Below, piece by piece: positions 18,526 to 29,167 of a DNA stretch of 64,000 nucleotides. A program made the position numbers and the translations under genes. A model generated the notes under the pieces. The model ran no database searches. It saw only the letters and a list, made by a program, of their open reading frames with translations, and was not told the origin of the DNA. The stretch's first letter is position 1. The number at the start of each line of letters is the position of its first letter. The stretch covers positions 3,947 to 67,946 of the forward strand of contig CANPYS010000004.1 in assembly GCA_947588655.1 (NCBI GenBank), read 5' to 3'. The DNA comes from an uncultured Alphaproteobacteria bacterium (GTDB lineage: Bacteria > Pseudomonadota > Alphaproteobacteria > RF32 > CAG-239).

Positions 18526-20787
18526 TTAGAGGCTTGTGCCAAAGTTCAAACGAAAGACTTCTTTTTGGTCGTAATCTTCTTTCATGACAGGGAAACCGAA
18601 GTCAATATCAATTTTGCCCATGGGCGAATACCACTCAAAGCCAAAACCGACCGAAGCGCGGGGCTTTGAGGAATATTCCACATAGCGCGAATCAATATTA
18701 TCCGGCTTACCGATAGCACCAATATCAATAAATGTACGACCACGAACGCCAACTTCTTCAAGCCCAATCGGGAATGAAAGTTCAGAACCACCGTAAAGAA
18801 CCCAGTTACCACCCAAAGAGTCGTCGGTATATTTATCACGAGCGCCAATACCACCAAACTCAAAGCCACGCAACGTGTTACCACCTAAATAATAACGCTG
18901 TGATAACCGCACATCTTCACCACCATAGCCCACAATGTAACCACCGTTGGCAAAGAACTTAAATGTCCAGTAGTCAGCTAACGTATAGAATTGGTATGCG
19001 CGCGCGTCAAATTTGAAATATTTTTCATCGCCACCCAAACCCGCGACATCATTGCCGAATGACAAATAATATCCTTCGCGGGGACGCATCATATTATCAC
19101 GCTTATCATAAACCAACGTCTGCCCAATAACCGAACCAACGCTTTTGCCCTCTTCATCTTTAATATAAATAGAGGCATCGTTAGAAACGTTTTTAACCTC
19201 GTCTTGACGAATGGTATAACGGAGCAATTGATAAAAATCATCCGTATAATTCCACCCTAAGCGCAAACGAGCACCAACGGAAGAGTTATCATACGAGCTT
19301 TCGTCCTGATAATCTTCATCACTATAAAACAAATCTGTACCAACGCTTAAACGCCTACCCAAGAAATAAGGCTCGGTAAAGCTCAAGCTATAATCGTTAG
19401 AACGCTGTGAAACACTAGCATCCAAACTTACCTGTTGACCTCTGCCTTGGAAGTTATTTTCCGTAATGCCGGCTTGCACCAAAGCACCGTTGACCGTTGA
19501 ATAACCAACACCTACATTAAAGTAACCCGTAGATTTTTCTTCCACATTCACATCAATATCGGCTTTATTAGCATCAACCGGCACAGTTTGAATATCAACT
19601 TTGCTGAAATAGTTCAGATTTTCAATATTGCGGCGAGAATCTTTAATTTTCGTCACATTAAAAGCATCGCCTTCATCAAGGCGGAACTCACGGCGAATCA
19701 CATCGTCATGCGTGCGGGTATTGCCATGAATATTAATGCGGTTGACAAAGGTACGAGGACCTTGCTTCACAACAAAGTCAACATCAATTTCTTTAGAAAC
19801 CGTATGACGTATTAATTGCGGCTCAACTTCAATAAACACAAAGCCTTTTTGCCCAAGTTCTTCTGTCATAGCTGAAACAGATTTTTCAATCAAATCAGCA
19901 TTGTACCATTCGCCCGCTTCAATTTCCACTTCTTCATACAAATCTTCAACCGGCACATCGGCAATTGGCGAATAAACATCAACGCTTCTGACCAAATAAC
20001 GCGGGCCTTCATCTAATGAAAACGTCAAAATGAACGACTTTTTATCCGGTGTTAGCTCAGCCACGGCTGAAACAACCCTAAAATCGGCATAACCATGTTG
20101 ACGATAAAACTGCGCAAGCAATTCCTTATCATAATTCATACGTTCGGCATCATACTTATCAGCGCTTGAGAAAATGCGATACCAACGGCTTTCTTTGCTC
20201 ATCAGTACATCTTTCAAATCAGACGCCGAGTAATGCGTATTGCCCAAAAAGTTAATACGGCTAATTTCAGCTTCCGTGCCTTCATCAATTTCAAAAATCA
20301 AATCCACACGATTTTGGTCGCGATCAATAATTTTGGGCTCCACTTTCACATCATAGCGACCAGCGCGCTTATATAAATTCAGGATTCGCTTAACATCTTG
20401 CTGAATTTTATTTTTGCTATACAAAGTGTTTGGCGCACTTTGAACTTCGCCTTCCAAGATTTTATCATCAAGCTTTTTGTTACCGTCAAAGGCGCGTTCG
20501 CCGATAATGGGATTTTCCATCACGCTCACTTTTAACACACCATTTGCGGCAGGTGTAATTTTAACATCTGAGAACAAGCCTGTTGCATACAAATTCTTAA
20601 AAGCCTGATCCAATTCGGATTGCGAAACCTGACTTTGTGGCGCAATGTCCAAATAAGAAATAACAGTTTCGCGTTCCACGCGTTGCAAGCCTTCAACTTC
20701 TATAGCGTTGACCCTATAATCAGCCGCCAAAGCATCAAAGCTTAAAAAGAAAAAGCTTAAAACTGCAATCAAACAAGTTTTTTTCAT
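18526..20787 (-). CDS. bamA: Outer membrane assembly factor BamA
   Basis: POTRA repeats ([33 protein letters not shown]), [11 protein letters not shown]-terminal FRLNFGTSL. Confidence 0.95.
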   Translation of the reverse strand: MKKTCLIAVLSFFFLSFDALAADYRVNAIEVEGLQRVERETVISYLDIAPQSQVSQSELDQAFKNLYATGLFSDVKITPAANGVLKVSVMENPIIGERAFDGNKKLDDKILEGEVQSAPNTLYSKNKIQQDVKRILNLYKRAGRYDVKVEPKIIDRDQNRVDLIFEIDEGTEAEISRINFLGNTHYSASDLKDVLMSKESRWYRIFSSADKYDAERMNYDKELLAQFYRQHGYADFRVVSAVAELTPDKKSFILTFSLDEGPRYLVRSVDVYSPIADVPVEDLYEEVEIEAGEWYNADLIEKSVSAMTEELGQKGFVFIEVEPQLIRHTVSKEIDVDFVVKQGPRTFVNRINIHGNTRTHDDVIRREFRLDEGDAFNVTKIKDSRRNIENLNYFSKVDIQTVPVDANKADIDVNVEEKSTGYFNVGVGYSTVNGALVQAGITENNFQGRGQQVSLDASVSQRSNDYSLSFTEPYFLGRRLSVGTDLFYSDEDYQDESSYDNSSVGARLRLGWNYTDDFYQLLRYTIRQDEVKNVSNDASIYIKDEEGKSVGSVIGQTLVYDKRDNMMRPREGYYLSFGNDVAGLGGDEKYFKFDARAYQFYTLADYWTFKFFANGGYIVGYGGEDVRLSQRYYLGGNTLRGFEFGGIGARDKYTDDSLGGNWVLYGGSELSFPIGLEEVGVRGRTFIDIGAIGKPDNIDSRYVEYSSKPRASVGFGFEWYSPMGKIDIDFGFPVMKEDYDQKEVFRLNFGTSL

Positions 20788-20803
20788 TTTACACCTCTAT
20801 GAG

Positions 20804-21931
20804 TTAGTTAAACCACCGATGCCCTAAATGGACAATATCGTTCCAAGTCGCCAAAATCATTAAAAGCACCAGCAAGAAAAAGCCAGCCTTAAAAAGATAT
20901 TCTTTAACTTTTTCACTTATTGGACGTCGTGTCATAATCTCTAACACAAAAATGACAACATGTCCACCGTCTAAAACAGGTATTGGGAAAAGATTAATCA
21001 GCCCCAAGTTGACCGAAAGAAGCGCCATAAACACCAAAAAGTCCAAAGCGCTTTGCGAACGGCTGATATCACCCGACATTTCGGCAATGCGAATAATACC
21101 GCCCACATCTTCTGTGCCGCGTTGACCACTTATCATCTGACCAACACCCCGAAGAGTGGCGACACTCATTTCCCAAACTTCTTCGCTAGCTAAAGCAAAC
21201 GCACTGAAAAAGCCCACTCTTTCGCCATGCGTTTCAATCGTTGTTTCCGATTTAATGCCAAGCATAAACTGTTTTTGAATCGTGCCGTCGCGTTGTTCCA
21301 TTTCAATTTCTGTTAATGGAAATTCAAATACAAGGTTTTCGCCCTCGCGCAAAATTTCTAGCTTTACTTCCCGATTCGCCGCTAGCGCCACCTCGCGCGT
21401 GATATCTGAAAAATCAGAAACGGCAACGCCATTAATACTTAAAATGCGATCGCCTTTAACAATGCCAGCGGCAGCCGCCGCACCCTCAGGCACAGCCTCG
21501 CCCACAATCGGCGGAAAGCTAAATTTGCCAAGCGTCATAAACAATGCGGCATAAATTAAAACAGCAAACAAATAGTTGAACCCTGGACCAGCCAACACAA
21601 TTGCAAGTTTTTTAAAAGGATTTTGAAAAGCAAACGCTCTTTTTTGTTGAGCCTTGCTCAGCTTACTTTTGCCAGATGTGGAAGATGACGCGTCATCATC
21701 GCCCAAAAACTGGCAATAACCGCCCAAAGGAACGGCGCAGATTTTCCAATAAGTCCCGTGCTTATCCATCCGTCCCCAAAGCTCCTTGCCAAAGCCGATG
21801 GAAAAAGCGCTAACCTCAACGCCCAAAAGTCGGGCAATAATAAAATGCCCGAACTCATGCACAAAAACCAAAACGCCTAAAAGGACAATAAAAGGGATAA
21901 CATAGTGCCAAATATTAACAACAATATCCAT
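20804..21931 (-). CDS. rseP: RIP metalloprotease RseP
   Basis: HEFGH, GGYCQF, PDZ segment, NLFPIPVLDGG. Confidence 0.95.
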   Translation of the reverse strand: MDIVVNIWHYVIPFIVLLGVLVFVHEFGHFIIARLLGVEVSAFSIGFGKELWGRMDKHGTYWKICAVPLGGYCQFLGDDDASSSTSGKSKLSKAQQKRAFAFQNPFKKLAIVLAGPGFNYLFAVLIYAALFMTLGKFSFPPIVGEAVPEGAAAAAGIVKGDRILSINGVAVSDFSDITREVALAANREVKLEILREGENLVFEFPLTEIEMEQRDGTIQKQFMLGIKSETTIETHGERVGFFSAFALASEEVWEMSVATLRGVGQMISGQRGTEDVGGIIRIAEMSGDISRSQSALDFLVFMALLSVNLGLINLFPIPVLDGGHVVIFVLEIMTRRPISEKVKEYLFKAGFFLLVLLMILATWNDIVHLGHRWFN

Positions 21932-21950
21932 TTGAAAAACCTTTTACACC

Positions 21951-22790
21951 CTATAAATACCAAATGCCATACTTAAAAAGCCAATAAACAAACGGTCCGG
22001 CAAAAATCAGCCCGTCAATGCGGTCAAACACGCCGCCGTGCCCCGGAATAATATGACTAGAATCTTTAAGCCCTAAACGGCGTTTAATTGCAGATTCTAC
22101 TAAATCGCCAATTTGAGAAATAAAGGCAATAATCACACCCAAAATAGCAAAGAAGCATTGAACTGAAAAATCTGTTTGCATAATGCCAATCCGCGAAAAC
22201 GCCCAAAAATAGGCAAAACTTGCCGCAGCCGCTAACAAAAGACCGCCAAACAAGCCTGACCATGTTTTGTTCGGGCTAATTTTAGGCGCAAGCTTAGGAC
22301 CTTTAACTGTTGTTCCAACGAACAAGCCGCCAATATCCATGGCCCAAACCATCACGAAAAACCATAATGTCATATAAAAGTTATAAGGCGGGTAAGAAAA
22401 GACATCGTGATAAAGCCACAAAAGCGAAGCAATTCCAACAGAAATATAAGGCACGCCAAGAGTTATTAAATAACGGTGTTCCTCGCCTTTCGCCTTAAAC
22501 CACACAAATGCTGACACAGCGACAAGAACGCTCAAATCTATCACAACATCAAAAACAAAAAGACAAACCGCCAACGCAAACAAATAAGCGCCCATATAAG
22601 TGCCAAAGTTGCGTCCCTGAACCATACTTGCCCATTCAAAGCATAGCAACGTACCTACAAAAAGAGCCAAGACATCTACAAACGGATACCCAAACCACAA
22701 AGCCCCAACGGCAACCGGCAACATCACAAGCGATGCGGCAACACGTTTGAGCCAACTGTTGTTTGTTTTTTTAACGCTAGACTTTGCCAT
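21951..22790 (-). CDS. cdsA: Phosphatidate cytidylyltransferase
   Basis: KLAPKISPNKTWSG, GDLVESAIKRRLGLKDSSHIIPGHGGVFDRIDG. Confidence 0.95.
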   Translation of the reverse strand: MAKSSVKKTNNSWLKRVAASLVMLPVAVGALWFGYPFVDVLALFVGTLLCFEWASMVQGRNFGTYMGAYLFALAVCLFVFDVVIDLSVLVAVSAFVWFKAKGEEHRYLITLGVPYISVGIASLLWLYHDVFSYPPYNFYMTLWFFVMVWAMDIGGLFVGTTVKGPKLAPKISPNKTWSGLFGGLLLAAAASFAYFWAFSRIGIMQTDFSVQCFFAILGVIIAFISQIGDLVESAIKRRLGLKDSSHIIPGHGGVFDRIDGLIFAGPFVYWLFKYGIWYL

Positions 22791-23487
22791 ATCTTCTCTC
22801 CCTTTGTTGAAATTGATTGATAATATCTTTAAGCTCTTCTTTTGTAAAATCAGGCCAGAGTGTTTTTGTAAAATAAAACTCCGTATAAGCCAATTGCCAC
22901 AACAAGAAATTACTTAAACGTTGTTCACCGCTGGTGCGAATGAGCAAATCAGGCTCAGGCACATCAGCGGTATAAAGCATATCAGAAAAAGTTTGTTCAT
23001 CAATATCTTTTGATAAGATATCGCCAGATTTTACTTTTTCCGCCAAAAGTCGGGCGGCTTGCACAATTTCTTGCCGCGCACCATAACTTAGAGCAACCAA
23101 AAGCGTTGCGCTTTTATTGTTTTTGGTTTCTTGTTCCAAACGCGTCATTTGCGCCTGAATGTCATCATCAAGCCTTTGACGCTCGCCAATAAAGCGGATT
23201 CGGACATCATTTTCAGCCAATTCCTTAAAATTGCGCCCAAGATATGTCCTTAAAAGGTTCATCAAGCCCTCAACTTCTTCCGAACTTCGTTTCCAATTTT
23301 CCGTTGAAAAAGCATAAATTGTCAAATATTGAACGCCCATTTCTTTAGCCGCTTTGGCAATTTCCAAAACAACTTCAGCCCCCTTCTGATGCCCTGCGTT
23401 GCGGGGCAAGCCTTTCTTTTGCGCCCAACGTCCGTTGCCGTCCATAATAAGAGCAATATGCCTTAACTGATTGTTCGTCGTCCCCAT
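22777..23487 (-). CDS. uppS: Undecaprenyl diphosphate synthase
   Basis: HIALIMDGNGRWA, YAFSTENWKR, DLLIRTSGEQRLSNFLLWQ; start taken at MGTT (23487). Confidence 0.95.
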   Translation of the reverse strand: MGTTNNQLRHIALIMDGNGRWAQKKGLPRNAGHQKGAEVVLEIAKAAKEMGVQYLTIYAFSTENWKRSSEEVEGLMNLLRTYLGRNFKELAENDVRIRFIGERQRLDDDIQAQMTRLEQETKNNKSATLLVALSYGARQEIVQAARLLAEKVKSGDILSKDIDEQTFSDMLYTADVPEPDLLIRTSGEQRLSNFLLWQLAYTEFYFTKTLWPDFTKEELKDIINQFQQRERRYGKV

Positions 23488-23491
23488 GCGT

Positions 23492-24055
23492 TTAGACCTG
23501 CATAATGTCTTTTTCTTTAGTGGCAAGCATCTCGTCAATTTTTTTCACAGCGTCATCGGTAATTTTTTGAATTTCATTTTCAAAACGCTTTTCCTCATCT
23601 TCTGAAATCAGATTGTCTTTTTTCAATTTTTTCACGCCGTCTAAAGCATCGCGGCGAATATTCCGCACAGCCACCTTGTTTTGCTCGGCATATTTACCGG
23701 CAATTTTTGAAAGTTCGGCGCGGCGCTCTTCGCTCAAAGGCGGTATCGGAATACGGATAAGCGTGCCGTCAGAAACAGGATTCAGCCCCAAGTCGCTTTC
23801 GCGCAGGGCTTTTTCAACATTTTTAGCCAAACTCTTATCCCAAACGCTCACAGAAAGCGTGCGCGGATCAGGCACACCGACTGTCCCGACTTGCGAAACA
23901 GGAACCATATTTCCATAAGCCTCCACCATAATCCCGTCCAAAAGGCTTGTGTGCGCGCGCCCGGCGCGAAGCCCGCCAAAATCAGCGCGAAGCGATTCTA
24001 AAGTTTTATCCATACGATTTTGGGCATCATTTTTTATTTCATTAAAATCAGACAT
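23492..24055 (-). CDS. frr: Ribosome recycling factor
   Basis: LRAGRAHTSLLD, IRIPIPPLSEERR, AVRNIRRDA. Confidence 0.97.
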   Translation of the reverse strand: MSDFNEIKNDAQNRMDKTLESLRADFGGLRAGRAHTSLLDGIMVEAYGNMVPVSQVGTVGVPDPRTLSVSVWDKSLAKNVEKALRESDLGLNPVSDGTLIRIPIPPLSEERRAELSKIAGKYAEQNKVAVRNIRRDALDGVKKLKKDNLISEDEEKRFENEIQKITDDAVKKIDEMLATKEKDIMQV

Positions 24056-24067
24056 GTTTTCCTCGTT

Positions 24068-24778
24068 TTATTTGATAATTGTAAAATTTCCTTTTCCTGC
24101 AACAGCGTCAACCAAGGCATTTTTGCCTTTTTGGGCAAAAACTACAATTGGTATCTGGCTTTCTTCTGCAAGTGTGACAGCCGTTAAATCCATGACCTGA
24201 AGCTTTTTATCCAAAACTTCTTTATAACTCACGCTTTGATAACGCTTAGCCTTAGGATTTTTCCTTGGGTCGGCATCATAAACGCCGTCGGCTTGCGTGG
24301 CTTTCAAAAGAGCGTCGCACTTCATTTCAGCCGCGCGCAAAGCCGCGCCGGTATCAGTTGTAAAATAAGGGTTGCCTGTACCGCCGGCAAAAATAATCAC
24401 GCGTCCTTTTTCCAAATGATGCAAAGCCTTACGATACATATAAGGCTCGCACACTTGAGGCACGTTTAAACCACTCATCACACGTACATCAAGCCCTATT
24501 TTTTCCATAGCGTTTTGCAAATAAAGCGCGTTCATAATTGTTGCCAACATGCCAACCTGATCGGCAACACTGCGATCAATACCTTCCGAAGCCTCTTTAG
24601 CGCCACGAAAAATATTGCCACCGCCAACCACAATACAAACTTGCGTTCCCATTTTTTGGACATCGGCAATTTGTTGCGCCAAAGCGCCAATAACTTCCGC
24701 GCTCATGCCAAAAGGCTTGTCGCCCATAAGCCCCTCGCCCGAAAGCTTAATTAAAACTCTTTTATATTTAGCGCGCAT
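24068..24778 (-). CDS. pyrH: UMP kinase
   Basis: YKRVLIKLSGEGL, VVGGGNIFRG, GTGNPYFTTD, DGVYDADP; start at 24778 after GAGG. Confidence 0.97.
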   Translation of the reverse strand: MRAKYKRVLIKLSGEGLMGDKPFGMSAEVIGALAQQIADVQKMGTQVCIVVGGGNIFRGAKEASEGIDRSVADQVGMLATIMNALYLQNAMEKIGLDVRVMSGLNVPQVCEPYMYRKALHHLEKGRVIIFAGGTGNPYFTTDTGAALRAAEMKCDALLKATQADGVYDADPRKNPKAKRYQSVSYKEVLDKKLQVMDLTAVTLAEESQIPIVVFAQKGKNALVDAVAGKGNFTIIK

Positions 24779-24877
24779 CAATACCTCGCTTTTTTCACAT
24801 AATACTCGTATATTAACGGAATATTCTTGTTTGTCACTATATTTTTGCATCAGGTTCACAAGTTTATGATAAAAAGA

Positions 24878-24906
24878 TTGAATTTAAAAAAGTTTGTCGT
24901 TATAGT
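24878..24906 (+). promoter_or_regulatory. Sigma70-type promoter for plsY-dprA-topA
   Basis: TTGAAT-17 bp-TATAGT. Confidence 0.55.
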
Positions 24907-24942
24907 AGCGGCAATTAAAACCCAAACGATGGAGTTTATAAA

Positions 24943-25587
24943 ATGTCTTTAGAGCTGATTTTTGCCGCATGCGCGTTAGGCGGTTATCTTTTAGGTTCAA
25001 TTCCTTTCGGGCTTGTCTTGACATGGCTTGCCGGTTATGGAGACATCCGAAAAATTGGCTCGGGCAACATTGGCGCGACCAATGTTTTGCGCACAGGCAA
25101 CAAAACTTTGGCTCTTTTAACAGTTTTGCTAGATGCCTTTAAGGCCGGCATTGCCGCATATATTGCGCTTAAAGTTCTTCCCTTTAATGAGTTTTATATT
25201 TTCGGGTTCAGCACCACGATAAACGTCTTCGGGGCTTTGTTAGCGGGCGCTTGCGGTGTGTTTGGGCATATGTTTCCCGTGTGGCTCAAGTTCAAAGGCG
25301 GCAAGGGCGTATCTTCTGCGTTTGGTTGGATTCTCGTGATGTCATATCCAATAGCTTTAACTGCTTTGGTTGTTTGGCTCGTGATGGCCTTTATTTTCCG
25401 TTATTCCTCTTTGGCGGCTTTAACCGCGGCCGTTTCTTTGCCCTTTGTGGCGTTTTTTGAACTGCCGCCTGTTTACACCGCTTTTTACTCAATGATGGCT
25501 CTTATTGTTATATTAAAACACCACGCCAACATCACACGTCTTTTCAAAGGAAAAGAGAGCAAAATCAGTTTTAAAAAGAAGAAGTAA
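24943..25587 (+). CDS. plsY: Glycerol-3-phosphate acyltransferase
   Basis: GYLLGSIPFG, DIRKIGSGNIGATNVLR, GHMFPVWLKFKGGKGV, KHHANITRL. Confidence 0.97.
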   Translation: MSLELIFAACALGGYLLGSIPFGLVLTWLAGYGDIRKIGSGNIGATNVLRTGNKTLALLTVLLDAFKAGIAAYIALKVLPFNEFYIFGFSTTINVFGALLAGACGVFGHMFPVWLKFKGGKGVSSAFGWILVMSYPIALTALVVWLVMAFIFRYSSLAALTAAVSLPFVAFFELPPVYTAFYSMMALIVILKHHANITRLFKGKESKISFKKKK

Positions 25588-25589
25588 CC

Positions 25590-26714
25590 GTGACCGAACA
25601 AGAACGCATAGATTGGATTCAGCTCATCAACACCGAAAACATCGGCGCGGTCTCTTTTGCGAATTATCTTAAGAAATACGGCTCAGCGGCTGCCGCACTT
25701 AAAACCTTGCCGCAAGAAAAATTATTTAGCCGCAGAGATGCCGAATATGAGCTTGAAAAAGCCCGTAAGCTTGGCATAACAGTTTTGTGCCAATGTGACG
25801 CGGCATACCCCAAAGCGCTTTTAAATCTGCACGATGCGCCGCCAGTGCTTTATGCCAAAGGTCGCTTAGATATTTTAAATGCGCCGAATATGGTTTCAAT
25901 TGTAGGGGCGCGGAATGCCTCTGTCAACGGGCGCAAAACGGCCTCGCGCATTGCGTTTGATTTAACGCAAAATGATATTGTTGTGGTTTCAGGCATGGCG
26001 CGTGGCATAGACACCGCAGCACATTTAGGCGCGATGTACGCCAAAAATCAACAAGGCCCGACCATTGCCGTTTTGGGTTGTGGCGTAGATGTGGTTTATC
26101 CCAAAGAAAACACCGCCGTTTATGAGCAAATTTGCGCACAAGGCGTTATCCTTTCAGAATTTTTAATTGGCACGGAACCGCAAAGCACCTATTTTCCGCG
26201 GCGCAACAGGCTTGTGGCGGGTTTAAGTGCCGGCACATTAGTGGTGGAGGCCTCTTTGAACTCGGGCTCGCTGATTACGGCAAGGCTTGCTTTGGAGCAA
26301 GGCAAAGAAGTTTTTGCCGTGCCGTGTTCGCCCACAGAAGGCCGCGGCGCTGGTTGCAATAATTTAATTCGTGAAGGCGCAAATTTAGCGGAAAGCGCGG
26401 AGGATATTTTAGAGGTTTTGCGCTTTCATCAAACTCGCGTCATAAAACCGCAGGCACAAAATTTATACACAAAGCCTCTTGACAAAGTTCAAAAATCTGC
26501 CGATATTCCTATGCAAAAATCAACACCCTCTTCAGAGCCGCTCATCAATTTGATAAGCCCCGAGGGCATTGAAACGGACGAGCTTATCCGCCAAAGCAAA
26601 CAATCGGCGCAAGAAGTGTTGATGAAATTAACCGAACTTGAATTAGACGGGCTGATTATGCGAAAAGGAAGCCTTATTTTGCCCGCCCTTAAACAGAACA
26701 GGAAAAGACAATGA
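25590..26714 (+). CDS. dprA: DNA-processing protein DprA
   Basis: IVGARNAS, VVSGMARGIDTAAH, FPRRNRLVAGLS, VVEASLNSGSLITA. Confidence 0.95.
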   Translation: MTEQERIDWIQLINTENIGAVSFANYLKKYGSAAAALKTLPQEKLFSRRDAEYELEKARKLGITVLCQCDAAYPKALLNLHDAPPVLYAKGRLDILNAPNMVSIVGARNASVNGRKTASRIAFDLTQNDIVVVSGMARGIDTAAHLGAMYAKNQQGPTIAVLGCGVDVVYPKENTAVYEQICAQGVILSEFLIGTEPQSTYFPRRNRLVAGLSAGTLVVEASLNSGSLITARLALEQGKEVFAVPCSPTEGRGAGCNNLIREGANLAESAEDILEVLRFHQTRVIKPQAQNLYTKPLDKVQKSADIPMQKSTPSSEPLINLISPEGIETDELIRQSKQSAQEVLMKLTELELDGLIMRKGSLILPALKQNRKRQ

Positions 26715-29167
26715 AATTAGTGATTGTGGAATCTCCGGCAAAAGCCAAAACCATTAACAAATATTTAGGTTCGGACTATAAAGTTCTGGCAAGTTTTGGT
26801 CATATTCGCGATTTACCAAGTAAAGACGGCTCGGTTAATCCGGATAAAGATTTTGAAATGTCTTGGGAATTAAGCGCGGGCGGCAAAAAGCGCTTAAATG
26901 ACATTATAACCGCGCTCAAAGATGCCGACACGCTTATCCTTGCCTCCGACCCGGATAGAGAAGGAGAGGCTATTGCATGGCATATTTTGGAAGAATTAAC
27001 CGCGCGCAAAAAAATTGCGGGTAAAAAAATTGAACGCGTGGTGTTTCATGAAATTACAAAATCCGCCGTCACGGAGGCAATTAAAAATCCGCGGCAAATT
27101 GATGATAATCTGGTTTCAGCTTATATGGCGCGGCGCGCGCTTGATTACTTGGTGGGTTTCACGCTTTCGCCCGTGTTGTGGCGCAAGTTGCCCGGTTCAA
27201 AATCTGCCGGACGCGTGCAGTCAGTCGCTTTAAGGCTGATTTGCGAGCGCGAAACGGAAATTGAGAAGTTCAAACCCGAAGAATATTGGACGGTTGACGC
27301 TGATTTATTAACCGATAAAAAAGCCCTGATTCCCACACATCTGATTAACTTAAACGGTAAAAAACTTGATAAGTTTGACATTAATAATGCTGAAAAAGCC
27401 GCCAATGCCAAAAACCTGATTGAGGCGGCTGATTTCAAGGTGGATAATGTGGAGCGAAAGCAACAAAACCGTTATCCGGCGCCACCGTTTACAACATCTA
27501 CCTTGCAACAGGAGGCCGCACGCAAACTTCGGTTTTCCGCTAAAAAGACCATGCAAGTGGCGCAAAAACTTTATGAAGACGGTTTTATTACCTATATGCG
27601 TACCGATGCCGTCAACCTGAGCAATGAGGCAATTGCCGCATGCCGCGCCGCTATTACGCAATATTTTGGCGAAAGCTATTTGCCCAAAGCTCCGAAAATT
27701 TATAAAACAAAGTCTAAAAATGCGCAAGAAGCGCACGAGGCAATCCGTCCGTCTGATGTGATGAACACGCCTAAAAAAATGCAGACAAAGCTTGAATCGG
27801 ACGCGCACAAACTTTATGAGCTGATTTGGAAACGCACGGTGGCTTGTCAGATGAATCCGGCTGTTATGGACCGTGTAACGATTGACGCGTTATCAACAGA
27901 TAAGCAAATTTTGCTTCGCGCCAACGGGCAAGTTGTGGCGTTTGACGGCTTTTTGAAGCTGTATCAGGAAAGTCATGATGATAATGAGGATGATGACGAA
28001 AACCGCATTTTGCCGAATGTGGAAATCGGGCAGGCTTTGGATAAGGGCGAAGTTAAGACCGAGCAACACTTCACAACGCCGCCGCCAAGGTTTACGGAAG
28101 CAAGCCTTGTGAAAAAACTGGAAGAATTGGGCATTGGGCGTCCGTCAACGTATGCCACAATTATCGCGGTTTTGCAGGAGCGCAAATATGTTCGGGTTGA
28201 AAAACTGCGCTTTATTCCGGAAGACCGCGGACGCATTGTCACGGTGTTTTTGGAAAACTGGTTCAAAAAATATGTGGAATATGACTTCACCGCGCAGTTG
28301 GAAGAATTTTTAGATGACGTTTCCGCCGGCGAAATGGATTGGAAAAAACTTTTAACAGGCTTTTGGGCAAAGTTTATTAAAACGGTGGACGCCGTTCAGC
28401 CTTTGCAGGTTAAGGACGTGATTGAAAAGATTGATGAAGTTTTGGCGCATCACTTGTTTCCACCGCGCGAAGACGGCTCTGATCCAAGGCTTTGTCCGCA
28501 ATGCCACAAGGGGCATTTAAGCGTGAAGTTGGGCAAATTTGGCGCGTTTTTGGGTTGCTCTGATTATCCGGATTGTAAGTACACCAAGCCCTTAACCGAT
28601 ATTAAGGAAGAAGAAGTCCAAAGCGAAAACACACCTAAAGCCGAACGTCCGGAAGATAAGCTTTTGGGCGAATACAAAACCTTGAAAGTGTGGCTTAAAA
28701 AAGGTCCTTACGGCTGGTATGTGCAATGGGGCGAAGATGCCACTGCCACCACCGAAAAGCCCAAACGCATGGGCTTACCGAGAGGTTTGAACCCTGAAGA
28801 CATCACGTTTGAGCAAGCTGTCACGCTTATCAGCCTGCCCAAAGATTTAGGCAATGGCATTGAAGTCAACATCGGCAAGTTTGGCCCTTACATCAAAAAA
28901 GGCACGGCGTCACGATCATTACGCGGCAATGATACGGTGTTTAACATTACCGCTGAACGCGCCGCCGAAATTTTGAAAGGCGCACCCGAAAAAGCCCCTG
29001 AAAAAGTTTTGGGCAAAAACGCCAAAGGCGAGGAAATTAAACTTTTGAGTGGCAAATATGGACCTTATTTAAAGTGCGGCAAAACAAACTTTGCTATCCC
29101 CAAAAATCTGCGCGATAAAGAAATGACCCTTGAATCCGCCCTTAAGATTGTGGAAAAGAAAGACTAA
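26711..29167 (+). CDS. topA: DNA topoisomerase I
   Basis: LVIVESPAKAKTI, DPDREGEAIAWH, SAGRVQS, ITYMRTD, AQEAHEAIRP, GIGRPSTYA, zinc ribbon. Confidence 0.98.
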   Translation: MKLVIVESPAKAKTINKYLGSDYKVLASFGHIRDLPSKDGSVNPDKDFEMSWELSAGGKKRLNDIITALKDADTLILASDPDREGEAIAWHILEELTARKKIAGKKIERVVFHEITKSAVTEAIKNPRQIDDNLVSAYMARRALDYLVGFTLSPVLWRKLPGSKSAGRVQSVALRLICERETEIEKFKPEEYWTVDADLLTDKKALIPTHLINLNGKKLDKFDINNAEKAANAKNLIEAADFKVDNVERKQQNRYPAPPFTTSTLQQEAARKLRFSAKKTMQVAQKLYEDGFITYMRTDAVNLSNEAIAACRAAITQYFGESYLPKAPKIYKTKSKNAQEAHEAIRPSDVMNTPKKMQTKLESDAHKLYELIWKRTVACQMNPAVMDRVTIDALSTDKQILLRANGQVVAFDGFLKLYQESHDDNEDDDENRILPNVEIGQALDKGEVKTEQHFTTPPPRFTEASLVKKLEELGIGRPSTYATIIAVLQERKYVRVEKLRFIPEDRGRIVTVFLENWFKKYVEYDFTAQLEEFLDDVSAGEMDWKKLLTGFWAKFIKTVDAVQPLQVKDVIEKIDEVLAHHLFPPREDGSDPRLCPQCHKGHLSVKLGKFGAFLGCSDYPDCKYTKPLTDIKEEEVQSENTPKAERPEDKLLGEYKTLKVWLKKGPYGWYVQWGEDATATTEKPKRMGLPRGLNPEDITFEQAVTLISLPKDLGNGIEVNIGKFGPYIKKGTASRSLRGNDTVFNITAERAAEILKGAPEKAPEKVLGKNAKGEEIKLLSGKYGPYLKCGKTNFAIPKNLRDKEMTLESALKIVEKKD

